A stretch of DNA of 64,000 nucleotides, from IMG/VR virus record IMGVR_UViG_3300020450_000010, positions 32,001 to 96,000 of that record; one strand, given 5' to 3'. Below are positions 49,015-57,633 of the stretch, in pieces. The notes under the pieces are model-generated. The model made no database searches. It was not told the DNA's origin and was given only the letters and a program-made list of their open reading frames with translations. Made by a program: the position numbers and the translations under genes. The DNA comes from a virus. Each line of letters starts with the position of its first letter. Position 1 is the first letter of the stretch.

Positions 49015-49222
49015 ATGGACTATAAAGGGAAACAAAAAAATATTTGAATCTCCAGATGGTGGTAAAACTGTATTTGAAAGAGACATGGGACAACCTCACG
49101 ATACAAGAAGAAAACTTACTACAGGCGAAAAAGTTTACGGTTATCATCCACAAGAATTATTGACTGCAAAAATTTTACCAATTGACATATTTTATAAACT
49201 ATTTGGAAAAAAACATGAATGA
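49004..49222 (+). CDS. Small hypothetical protein
   Basis: 72-aa ORF overlapping the gp46 stop; IFESPDGGKTV motif. Confidence 0.65.
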   Translation: MRSRWTIKGNKKIFESPDGGKTVFERDMGQPHDTRRKLTTGEKVYGYHPQELLTAKILPIDIFYKLFGKKHE

Positions 49223-49484
49223 AGAAGATGATTACATTGTAGGTATGGACGGTTTTAACAACAAAGATTACAAAGGCGATAGTGACTTTCAACATTGGTT
49301 AGTACACGAATCACCACTTGTTGATGTAAGTGTAAATGCTGATCCTATTACTTTGACAACATCAAGTATAGATAATCACAACTGGCAACAAACCATGAGC
49401 ACTAAATTGCCAATTGATATAATGCATACACTATATCCTAAACAAATGAAAGAAGAAGCAGATAATGATTACCTTCCTTTTTGA
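49215..49484 (+). CDS. Small acidic hypothetical protein
   Basis: ATG at 49215 (MNEEDD...) overlaps the upstream gene end. Confidence 0.6.
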   Translation: MNEEDDYIVGMDGFNNKDYKGDSDFQHWLVHESPLVDVSVNADPITLTTSSIDNHNWQQTMSTKLPIDIMHTLYPKQMKEEADNDYLPF

Positions 49485-50169
49485 TGTAGATGGTACACTA
49501 ACTGATGCACGTAAACCTATTAATGTAGAGTTTGAATACTTTATGAAAGACTTTATAATGCGTGGTAATAAATGTATGATTGTAACTGGCAGTGACAGAG
49601 AAAAAACTGTAGAACAGATCGGTTTAAGCCTCACTTTACGCTTTGCAAGGGTGTATCATTGTAGCGGAAATCATGTGTTTGAAGACACAAAAGAAGTCAA
49701 AAAGAACGACTGGCTACTATCAAAAGAACAGCATGAATTCTTAGAACAATACTTGCATAAGATAAATTATAACGAAATGACAGGCAATCATATTGAACAA
49801 CGCACAGGCACTGCTAATTTTAGTATCGTGGGAAGAAATGCTGATTGGAATCAACGTGCAAGATATGCACTTTGGGATAGTATAAACAAAGGTAGAGAAA
49901 CTGTTGCTATGTACTACAACCAAGAATTCAAAGACAGTGTAGCACAAGTAGCAGGTGAAACAAGTATTGACATTTTTCCAGTAGGATGTGACAAAAGTCA
50001 AGCAATAAAAGAACAAGAAGGTACAACTATATATTTTGGAGACAATTGTTTTCCAGGCGGTAATGATTTCACAGCCGCACAAGCAAGCACACACTTTTAT
50101 CAAATTGATAACGGATATAAGCAAACTTGGGAAATATTAAAAAATACATATATTTCGGTTGACAAATAA
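49465..50169 (+). CDS. HAD-family phosphomannomutase-like enzyme (eukaryotic PMM type, HAD-IIB)
   Basis: FLFDVDGTLT..R, VTGSD, IEQR.G..NFS.VGR, SIDIFP.G.DK and FGD.CFPGGND motifs. Confidence 0.85.
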   Translation: MITFLFDVDGTLTDARKPINVEFEYFMKDFIMRGNKCMIVTGSDREKTVEQIGLSLTLRFARVYHCSGNHVFEDTKEVKKNDWLLSKEQHEFLEQYLHKINYNEMTGNHIEQRTGTANFSIVGRNADWNQRARYALWDSINKGRETVAMYYNQEFKDSVAQVAGETSIDIFPVGCDKSQAIKEQEGTTIYFGDNCFPGGNDFTAAQASTHFYQIDNGYKQTWEILKNTYISVDK

Positions 50170-50188
50170 CAAAAACGGCATATATACT
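50159..50188 (+). promoter_or_regulatory. Sigma70-like promoter for the GIY-YIG gene
   Basis: TTGACA-18 nt-TATACT, 18 nt upstream of the ATG. Confidence 0.6.
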
Positions 50189-50206
50189 AGTTGCTAAACA
50201 ACACAA

Positions 50207-50635
50207 ATGCAATGGACTTATCAAGGCAAAATAGTAGAAGAAATTAGTGAGGAATACATAGGTTTTGTATACCTTATTACCAATCTCACAAACAATAAAA
50301 AATATATCGGCAAAAAGTTAGCAAAATTTAAAGTAACTAAAAAACCCCTCAAAGGCAAAAAGAACAAAAGGCGTTCAACAAAAGAAAGTGATTGGAGAGA
50401 CTATTGGGGATCCAGTGACACATTGAATGCAGACGTAGAACACTTAGGCCCAGAAAACTTCACAAGAGAAATACTGTACTACTGCACCAGCAGAGGCGAA
50501 CTAAGTTATTTAGAAGCCAAAGAACAGTTTGACCGTGAAGTTCTTAAAACTGATGAATATTACAACGGCATTATAAATGTACGAGTTGGCAGTTCTAAGG
50601 CACTTATCGAATCACTAAACAGACACCAGTCGTAA
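50207..50635 (+). CDS. Stand-alone GIY-YIG nuclease-family protein
   Basis: GFVYLITN..NNKKYIGKK, YWGSS, FTREIL, putative catalytic Glu (YLEAKEQ) and YYN; no C-terminal DNA-binding domain. Confidence 0.85.
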   Translation: MQWTYQGKIVEEISEEYIGFVYLITNLTNNKKYIGKKLAKFKVTKKPLKGKKNKRRSTKESDWRDYWGSSDTLNADVEHLGPENFTREILYYCTSRGELSYLEAKEQFDREVLKTDEYYNGIINVRVGSSKALIESLNRHQS

Positions 50636-51012
50636 TATAGCTTCTCAGAAAAAAGCATTGAGATTGTATACAAGCTGTACCGTCGGATCTTGCTCGAAGC
50701 AAACGAATCAAATGAGTGGGCTCTACTGTGCCATTGTAACCCACGGATAGCTCGAAAGTCGTCGTTATGGCTTAGAGTGTTTCTGCGTTTTAAGCAGTAT
50801 GTAAAGGGGTAAAGCAAAACCGCCTCTGCCTAGCAATAGGTTTTACTATAACGATGCGTAACTGTAGACGGGGTAATGACCGTTTCGTTTTTTTTGCACT
50901 TGGCTGTAACAAGCTAAGTGCGACTGAAAACAGGGTAATAACGAAATTAATCAAATAAAGAAATATCAAACGAAATGAAATGAGTTTGACGATGAGCTTT
51001 AGCTCTTCGATA
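50636..51012 (+). ncRNA. Candidate structured non-coding RNA (family unknown)
   Basis: 377-nt intergenic gap with about ten stems, including a GCAA tetraloop and long-range helices whose G-U pairs form only on the plus strand. Confidence 0.55.
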
Positions 51013-51261
51013 CTATAGTTGAGTTGTTATTTTACCTTTGCGTTGATTCATTTGTTGCTTTTGTTTATCTATGTTTTCTTGTAACATTTCTTTGATCTCT
51101 AAGAAATCTCTTATAGGCATATCTAATAATTCATTTCTACTAAAAGCACCATTAGTATGAATCTGAACATCATTTATCATAGTTCGATAATTTTTGTTTA
51201 TGTCTTCGTGGCGTTTAACAAGTTCATCAACTTTTGCTTTGTCATTTTTAGTTAGACTCAA
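51013..51261 (-). CDS. Small hypothetical protein, possibly a baseplate/tail assembly chaperone
   Basis: ATGA overlap with the gp26-like gene; 'GAFSRNELLDMP' motif. Confidence 0.6.
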   Translation of the reverse strand: MSLTKNDKAKVDELVKRHEDINKNYRTMINDVQIHTNGAFSRNELLDMPIRDFLEIKEMLQENIDKQKQQMNQRKGKITTQL

Positions 51262-52097
51262 TTGTTGCTGAAAAAAAAACTTGGATTATAACTTACTGCA
51301 CCTTTAAAATCTTTTGCACAATCTCCGTTGCTACAAGTGAAATTAAATTCTCGTTTCATTCCATTGCCATTTAGTTTGGCTTGTTCTTGTTCAAGTTTAG
51401 ACACAGTGTTTAAATCAACACTGGATAACCAATCCAGTATATGCTGTGGTTCTGTAACTTTGTTTCCGTCTGGAGTTTGAATATACTCAATTCCGTCTTG
51501 AACACTTGCTAATCTATATGCGGCAATGTTTTCTACAAGTTGTTTAAATGTGGTTTTTAATTCTTCGTTTGCTCTTTCCTCACTTACACTTATTGCTTGT
51601 AAAATTGAATTGGATGCAATTTTTTGAACATTCAATGCATTAACAGCAAACAGTGTATTTGGTTTTAAACTAATAGTAAGTTCTTGCATTTCAACTAGCA
51701 CGGGACTGGAGTTGTCTTTAATTTGACTGAGTACACTAGGTAAGTCTATCTCAAATTCACTCATTCTTTCACAATGAGTACATCTGCTTTCTACATTCAT
51801 TTTTTTATCATATGTGGCGGCTCTACTTGCCAATAGTATTACATCAATGTCTGGTAGTGCTAGTTCTTTTGGATTTGGTATGTCTGGGGCAACACTTGCC
51901 ACCATATCAAATAATGCTTCTCCATTGTACAGTGTATCAGGGATATTCAATTTCATTTCATCAGCAATAGTCATAGGTTTTATACCTATTTCGTCTTCTG
52001 CTGTAAGATTTGGTTTTTGCTTCATCCAATTACCTTTGGTTGGTAATTTAACAAAGATTTCTTTATTCCTATAATAGTCTTGTAACGGATTGTTCAT
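51258..52097 (-). CDS. Baseplate hub assembly protein, T4 gp26-like
   Basis: NPL..YYR...VKLP, PMT..DE, D.D.ILLASR.ATY, CxxC (CTHC) and C-terminal CSNGDC...FF. Confidence 0.8.
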   Translation of the reverse strand: MNNPLQDYYRNKEIFVKLPTKGNWMKQKPNLTAEDEIGIKPMTIADEMKLNIPDTLYNGEALFDMVASVAPDIPNPKELALPDIDVILLASRAATYDKKMNVESRCTHCERMSEFEIDLPSVLSQIKDNSSPVLVEMQELTISLKPNTLFAVNALNVQKIASNSILQAISVSEERANEELKTTFKQLVENIAAYRLASVQDGIEYIQTPDGNKVTEPQHILDWLSSVDLNTVSKLEQEQAKLNGNGMKREFNFTCSNGDCAKDFKGAVSYNPSFFFSNN

Positions 52098-52105
52098 TTT
52101 TCGCC

Positions 52106-52135
52106 TATAAATAACTGTATATAAAAGTATTTATC
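52106..52135. promoter_or_regulatory. Face-to-face late promoters: TATAAATA (+, 52106-52113) and GATAAATA (-, 52135-52128)
   Basis: Both motifs lie in the 56-nt gap between divergent structural genes. Confidence 0.6.
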
Positions 52136-52153
52136 TAATTAAGTGAGCAGTTA

Positions 52154-54076
52154 ATGGCATCTATTGATATACCAAATTTAGGCACTGTTACAGTGAACGA
52201 CCTTGCGACTGAAGAAACAGCAGATAATATTTTAAAAACACAAAGACAAATTTTAGCAACAATGACAGGTGTCAAAGAAGAAGACAGCCAAGGTAATGTC
52301 ACACTTGCACAAATACTCAGAGAACAGAAAAAAGATGGTATAGATTCCAAAACAATCAAACAGCAAATGGGCAAATATATTAAAGAAACGCCCAATGCAG
52401 TAATGAAGGGATTTGAAACCATTGGTAATAAAAAGATTACTGATGTAATTACACAGACCATGAGTCGGCTTGGTGCACCTGCGGCAGTTAGTACAGCGTT
52501 TGGTATGGCTAATCAAGCGGCAGAAGAACTTGGCGAAGTAATGAGATTGAGTGGAAGATTTGGTGTTGATTTCACTTCTGAATTAGCAATGATGAATGCT
52601 AGAACCAGTGAAGTTGGTTTAACCTTAGGTGAGTTTACAAAAATGGTAGGACAAGACTCATTAGCTATGCGTGAATTTGGAGATGGTGTACAAAATGGTT
52701 CAATGCGATTTTTAAAGCTAGTAGAAAATTTTCAAGCCGCGGCTGAGCCTTTTGGAAACTTTGGTATGAAGACACAAGAAGCGGCAGAATTTATGGCTAA
52801 AGAATTAGAAATAAGACGAAAGACCATGGACACTGATTCTTTTAGAGCAATGAATGAACAAGCACTTGCAGAGTCGATGGCAGAAAATATAAAACAACAA
52901 GAAGCTATGGCAAGGGTAACAGGACAAGATGTAAGATCTAGATTACAAGCACAAATGGAAATGCGTAACAGTGCAATTGCACAAAGTTTCTTATCTGAAC
53001 AAACAGGTGATACTCAAGAAAGATTCAAACAACTTGCTTCAGCATTGAGTACAATACCAGGTGGTAAACAATTAGGTGAAGCTATCGTAAATGGTATTGC
53101 AACTGATTTGCCTGCTAACGCATTCGCTCCGGAACTAATTGCACGTTTGGGTAGTAATGCAGATAAACTTATAAGTTTTGTAATGGGCAACATAGAAGGC
53201 GGAATGGATTCAGCTCAGTTTGGTACTGAAGTACAACAACTAGTGCAAGATCTCAGAGGACCAGCGGCACAAAATGCAAACGTTTTAAGAACACAAGCGG
53301 CACTAGGTGATAGTACTGCTTTGACTATACTTACATTTCAAGAAGGACTTGCAGATATTGATGATGTAGCAGGTAAAGTTGCTGAAAGTTTAGAAAAATT
53401 AAATGAAGAAGCAGGTACAACAACAGGCACAGCTAGAGGATTGTCAGCAGAACTACAAAAGACTCAAGCAATTATAAATGCTCGTTTGCTTGATGTAGCA
53501 AGAGGAATTGGACGGGGTGCTACAGGAGATGAAAATTTAGGTACAGTAGACGCATTAATGGCAATTCAAAAAATGACTCAAGAGTTTGGTTCTACTGAAT
53601 TTGCTGAAACTTTTGCAAAAGGTGTAGGAACAGCATTGGGTAGTTTTGCAATTGAACCATTTGTTAATGTAGCTAAAGGTCAAATGGAACTTAGTGATAA
53701 ACTTTTCTTTGCTGGTCTAGGTGCTTTTGCAGTAGGAAGAAACAACTTGGGAATGGGGTTGATGGCCTTACAAGGAACTGAAACGGTAATGGATACATTT
53801 GCTAGTTTTGGAGATGAAACAAGTGCGGAACAAGAAAGAGCAAATAGAGAAGGAATTAGTGTACAGCAATTAAGAGAGAGGGAAGCAGAGAGATTAGGAG
53901 TAAGCAATACAGGACAAATGCTCTTACAGAAGTTTGGCGCTATACTAGGATCTGAGGAAAATCCAACTAACATGAAATTTAACAAACAAGGTTTGGATGA
54001 ATTTGTAGGTGCATTAACTACTGCAATAAAAGAAAAAGTAGATGCATATACAAACAATCAAAATCCGGGTCCATAA
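52154..54076 (+). CDS. Tape-measure-like alpha-helical virion protein
   Basis: 640 aa, Ala/Gln/Glu/Met-rich and helical-looking, with hydrophobic Gly-rich patches near the C-terminus; next to gp26-like and portal genes. Confidence 0.55.
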   Translation: MASIDIPNLGTVTVNDLATEETADNILKTQRQILATMTGVKEEDSQGNVTLAQILREQKKDGIDSKTIKQQMGKYIKETPNAVMKGFETIGNKKITDVITQTMSRLGAPAAVSTAFGMANQAAEELGEVMRLSGRFGVDFTSELAMMNARTSEVGLTLGEFTKMVGQDSLAMREFGDGVQNGSMRFLKLVENFQAAAEPFGNFGMKTQEAAEFMAKELEIRRKTMDTDSFRAMNEQALAESMAENIKQQEAMARVTGQDVRSRLQAQMEMRNSAIAQSFLSEQTGDTQERFKQLASALSTIPGGKQLGEAIVNGIATDLPANAFAPELIARLGSNADKLISFVMGNIEGGMDSAQFGTEVQQLVQDLRGPAAQNANVLRTQAALGDSTALTILTFQEGLADIDDVAGKVAESLEKLNEEAGTTTGTARGLSAELQKTQAIINARLLDVARGIGRGATGDENLGTVDALMAIQKMTQEFGSTEFAETFAKGVGTALGSFAIEPFVNVAKGQMELSDKLFFAGLGAFAVGRNNLGMGLMALQGTETVMDTFASFGDETSAEQERANREGISVQQLREREAERLGVSNTGQMLLQKFGAILGSEENPTNMKFNKQGLDEFVGALTTAIKEKVDAYTNNQNPGP

Positions 54077-54081
54077 TTAGG

Positions 54082-54109
54082 TTGACAAAAGCAATAAATA
54101 TACTATAAT
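54082..54109 (+). promoter_or_regulatory. Sigma70-like promoter (TTGACA-16-TATAAT) with nested late-type AATAAATA, upstream of the portal gene
   Basis: Reads TTGACA aaagc AATAAATA tac TATAAT. Confidence 0.65.
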
Positions 54110-54126
54110 AGAATAAAGAGATTCAT

Positions 54127-55809
54127 ATGAGTTGGAAAAAACATTTTACAGTATACGGTGGACAAAGTGCTGATAGCATGAAGCCTAGCAGTGCCAGTAG
54201 ATTTCAAAGCTGGTTACCAGAAGTATACAGCGGTCAACCTAATCGTGTTGAAAGATATGCACAGTATGACCAAATGGACATGGACAGCGAAATAAACGCC
54301 GCCATTGACATTATTAGTGAGTTCAGTACACAAGTAGATGAACAAACACATTTACCTTTTAAAATTAATTACAGAGAAAATGCTACAGAAAGCGAAAGCA
54401 AAATCCTAGAGCAAACACTACAACAATGGTGTAATTTGCAAGACTGGGACAAGCGTATTTTCCGTATGTTTAGAAATACTATCAAGTATGGTGATCAATT
54501 TTTTATCAGAGATCCTGAGACTTGGGAACTGTATTATGTCAATCCAGTTGATGTAATGAAAGCAGTAGTAAATGAAGCTAAAGGCAAGAAACCAGAGCAG
54601 TATATAATTAAAAACATTGACTTGAACATGCAGGAAAAAACAGTCAGTAAGCCTGTACAACACAGTCAAACATATGGCACAGTTAATAGTATGATGCGTG
54701 GACAAGTTATCGACAAAGGCATGTATGGACAAGGAGCAGGTCAATACGACCACGGTACAGGTCAAATACAAGAATATACAGTAGATGCTAATCATGTTGT
54801 ACACTTAGGCTTAACAGAAGGTATGGATGGTAATTGGCCTTTTGGTAGTAGTATACTTGATCCAATTTTCAAAACATACAAGCAAAAAGAACTACTAGAA
54901 GATAGTATTATTATCTACAGAGTACAAAGAGCACCTGAAAGACGTGTGTTTTATGTAGACGTAGGAAACATGCCACCAAACAAAGCTATGGGTTTTGTTG
55001 AACGTGTGAAAAATGAAATACATCAAAAACGTATTCCAAACAAAACAGGAGGCGGTACAACTATCATGGATGCCGCCTACAATCCATTGAGCATTATGGA
55101 AGACTACTTCTTTGCACAGACCAGTGAAGGCAGAGGTAGTAAAGTTGAAGTGTTACCAGGTGGAGAAAACCTAGGACAAATTGACGACCTGCGTTACTTC
55201 ACAAATAAAATGCTAAGAGCATTGCGTGTGCCCAGCAGTTATTTGCCAACAGGGCCTGATGATGGAACTGCAAGTTATGTAGACGGCAGAGTAGGAACAG
55301 CATTTATTCAAGAATATAGATTCAATCAATACTGTATGAGACTACAAGCATCAATTGCTCCTACTATGGACAAAGAATTTAAACTGTTTATGAAAAACAA
55401 AGGCATTAATATTGATGCTAGTGTTTTTGATTTAGAATTTGTAGAACCACAAAGTTTTAGCACATACAAAGAAATAGAAATACATAGTGCTAGAGCGGCA
55501 GTATTTGGTAACTTAGAAGGTGTACCATACATGAGCAGACGCTTTATACTTGAAAAGTATTTAGGTTGGTCAGAAGAAGAAATATTAAAAAATGAGAGAA
55601 TGTGGGAAGAAGAAAACCAAGCAGGAACAACACCTGAAGGATCTGATATTCCAGGACTAGGAAATGTTGGAGTAAGAGGATTTGACGTACCAGACGGTGG
55701 TGACATTGATATACCAGCTGATGCGGCAACAGGTGAAGAAACTGAAGGTGCAAGTCCTATTAGCGGTGCAGAAACGGCACCAGCACCCGCAGGAGATGAG
55801 AATGCGTAG
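54127..55809 (+). CDS. Portal protein, T4 gp20-like
   Basis: LLEDSIIIYRVQRAPERRVFYVDVGNMP, EDYFF, LPGGENLGQIDDLRYF and LRVPSSYL motifs. Confidence 0.95.
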   Translation: MSWKKHFTVYGGQSADSMKPSSASRFQSWLPEVYSGQPNRVERYAQYDQMDMDSEINAAIDIISEFSTQVDEQTHLPFKINYRENATESESKILEQTLQQWCNLQDWDKRIFRMFRNTIKYGDQFFIRDPETWELYYVNPVDVMKAVVNEAKGKKPEQYIIKNIDLNMQEKTVSKPVQHSQTYGTVNSMMRGQVIDKGMYGQGAGQYDHGTGQIQEYTVDANHVVHLGLTEGMDGNWPFGSSILDPIFKTYKQKELLEDSIIIYRVQRAPERRVFYVDVGNMPPNKAMGFVERVKNEIHQKRIPNKTGGGTTIMDAAYNPLSIMEDYFFAQTSEGRGSKVEVLPGGENLGQIDDLRYFTNKMLRALRVPSSYLPTGPDDGTASYVDGRVGTAFIQEYRFNQYCMRLQASIAPTMDKEFKLFMKNKGINIDASVFDLEFVEPQSFSTYKEIEIHSARAAVFGNLEGVPYMSRRFILEKYLGWSEEEILKNERMWEEENQAGTTPEGSDIPGLGNVGVRGFDVPDGGDIDIPADAATGEETEGASPISGAETAPAPAGDENA

Positions 55810-56005
55810 CAAAGACATATTAAAAGAATATTATGATGCCGAAGACGACAATTATAATAATAGACAGGCGGATGATGTACGTAAATCAAGACTTACACTT
55901 AAACATTTAAATCGTTTGAGAAAGCAACGTGAAGTACACAATATTGAACATGCTTCTCGCATGGAACGTATTAAAAAAATCTATGCAAAACCTGCCCAAT
56001 CATAG
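55802..56005 (+). CDS. Small head-module protein (67 aa)
   Basis: GGAG RBS, ATG at 55802 (MRSKDILKE...RKSRLTLKHLNRLRK). Confidence 0.7.
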   Translation: MRSKDILKEYYDAEDDNYNNRQADDVRKSRLTLKHLNRLRKQREVHNIEHASRMERIKKIYAKPAQS

Positions 56006-56149
56006 AAAATCTGTTTAATTTTTACTTATCATTGACAAGAATTCATAAAATACCCATTTTTTAGGGTATTTCCTAAGCAAAACGTCTTGGTATGTTAAAT
56101 ATAGATGTAAACCATCTTGGTAAGCCTGTAATTTTTTAAGGAGAATGAT

Positions 56150-56992
56150 ATGAGCGAACACAAGGAATCTTTAGTTAAGGTCCTTGAATATATCGTAAAC
56201 GACGAGCAAGACAAAGCCGCCGATCTTCTTCATACGGTTTTTGTAGAAAAAGCTAAATCACATTGGTCTAGTCTACAAGAAAATGATGAAGTAGTAGAAG
56301 ACGAAATTCAAGAAGATGACCTAGATGAAACTATCGATCTTGATGAAGCTGATGACGATTCAAAGGACGAATCAGAAGTAGAAGAAGCGATTGACGCATC
56401 TGATGCAGAAGAAGATTTCCTTGATGATATCGAAACAGCAGAAGAAGAGATCGAAGACGAAGAAATCATGGACGATGATGACATGGGTGACGAAGAAATG
56501 GCAGATGCTCCAGAAATGGATCTAGCTATGGACATGGAACCTGAAGCTGATGAAGGCGAAGAAGGCGATGAATCAGATGCAGAAGAAGCTATGGATAACG
56601 TCGAAGACGCAATTGCTGAATTAAGAGCGGCATTTGCTGATATGATGGGTGACGATGCACCTGCTGAAGATGAGCCAGAAATGGAAGAATCAGCTGATCC
56701 AGTTGAAGAAACTGAAGAAGTTGAAGCTGTCGAAGAAGGCGCTGAAATGAAAGCAGTAAGTGTATCACATAGTGATTCAAGCGACAAAGGATCACCAGTA
56801 GCATCACAAGCTAGTGCACCAACAGGCGCAACTGCACACAAAGCCTCAGGCGGAGACGAGAAGGGTAGACCTGCTCCAACTGCTGAAGGTATGGGTGTAG
56901 ACGGGCCACAAGAAGCTGGTTCACCTAGTGCGGCTCCAAAGCCAAAAGCTGAAGTCACTAAGTCAGACAGTCCTATTAGAGGAATGAAGTAA
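56150..56992 (+). CDS. Highly acidic prohead core/scaffold-like protein
   Basis: Asp/Glu-rich 280-aa protein between portal and protease; AAGGAG RBS. Confidence 0.7.
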   Translation: MSEHKESLVKVLEYIVNDEQDKAADLLHTVFVEKAKSHWSSLQENDEVVEDEIQEDDLDETIDLDEADDDSKDESEVEEAIDASDAEEDFLDDIETAEEEIEDEEIMDDDDMGDEEMADAPEMDLAMDMEPEADEGEEGDESDAEEAMDNVEDAIAELRAAFADMMGDDAPAEDEPEMEESADPVEETEEVEAVEEGAEMKAVSVSHSDSSDKGSPVASQASAPTGATAHKASGGDEKGRPAPTAEGMGVDGPQEAGSPSAAPKPKAEVTKSDSPIRGMK

Positions 56993-56993
56993 T

Positions 56994-57632
56994 ATGCTTA
57001 CCTCACTTAAAGAACATCTTACATACAATCAAGCAAATATCGTTACTGAAACATTAGATGAAGGTAACGGTAAGAGCTTGTATATGAAAGGTATTTTTAT
57101 TGAAGGTGATGTACGCAATCAAAACAATCGTATCTACACAAAAGAAGAAATTCATAGTGCAGTTAAAAGCATTAATGAAAAAATTAAAGGTGGGTACAGT
57201 GTATTAGGTGAAGCTGATCACCCAGATGACCTCAATATCAATTTAGATCGTGTAAGTCACATGATTACTGAAATGGATACTGATGGCGCAAATGGGATCG
57301 GCAAACTTAAAATTCTACCAACTCCAATGGGAAATATTTGTAAAACCCTATTAGAGAGTGGAGTAAAATTAGGCGTGTCAAGCCGAGGCAGTGGCAATGT
57401 TAACGACAACGGCATAGTAAAAGATTTTGAAATCATTACTGTTGATATTGTAGCAAATCCAAGTGCACCAGACGCTTATCCCGATCCAATCTATGAAAGA
57501 ATTATGAATCATAGACGGGGTAATGTGTTAATGGATGTCGCTGATGCAACTAGACACGACCGTGGCGCACAACGTTATCTCCAGGAAGAGGTGACCAACT
57601 TTATTAAAAACCTGAGATATAGGAGAGATTAA
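56994..57632 (+). CDS. Prohead protease, T4 gp21-like
   Basis: LYMKGIF, N.N.RIY, LGEADHP, RVSH, TPMG, LGVSSRGSG and DIVANPSAPDA motifs. Confidence 0.95.
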   Translation: MLTSLKEHLTYNQANIVTETLDEGNGKSLYMKGIFIEGDVRNQNNRIYTKEEIHSAVKSINEKIKGGYSVLGEADHPDDLNINLDRVSHMITEMDTDGANGIGKLKILPTPMGNICKTLLESGVKLGVSSRGSGNVNDNGIVKDFEIITVDIVANPSAPDAYPDPIYERIMNHRRGNVLMDVADATRHDRGAQRYLQEEVTNFIKNLRYRRD

Positions 57633-57633
57633 T

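Noticed and set aside
50560-50817. 85-aa minus-strand ORF over the non-coding element
   Set aside because: No RBS, atypical composition, and it overlaps the GIY-YIG gene on the opposite strand.
50636-51012. Identification of the structured element as RNase P RNA, tmRNA, tRNA or a group I/II intron
   Set aside because: GAAAGUC and AAACCGCC fragments recall RNase P, but the P4 partner is missing. No tRNA-like ends, group I P7 elements or group II domain V were found, and no interrupted gene flanks it.
56308-56958. 216-aa Ser-rich antisense ORF, and similar shadow ORFs such as 25877..26437, 38833..39312 and 55326..55889
   Set aside because: These mirror the biased codons of the real genes on the other strand; no independent coding signal.
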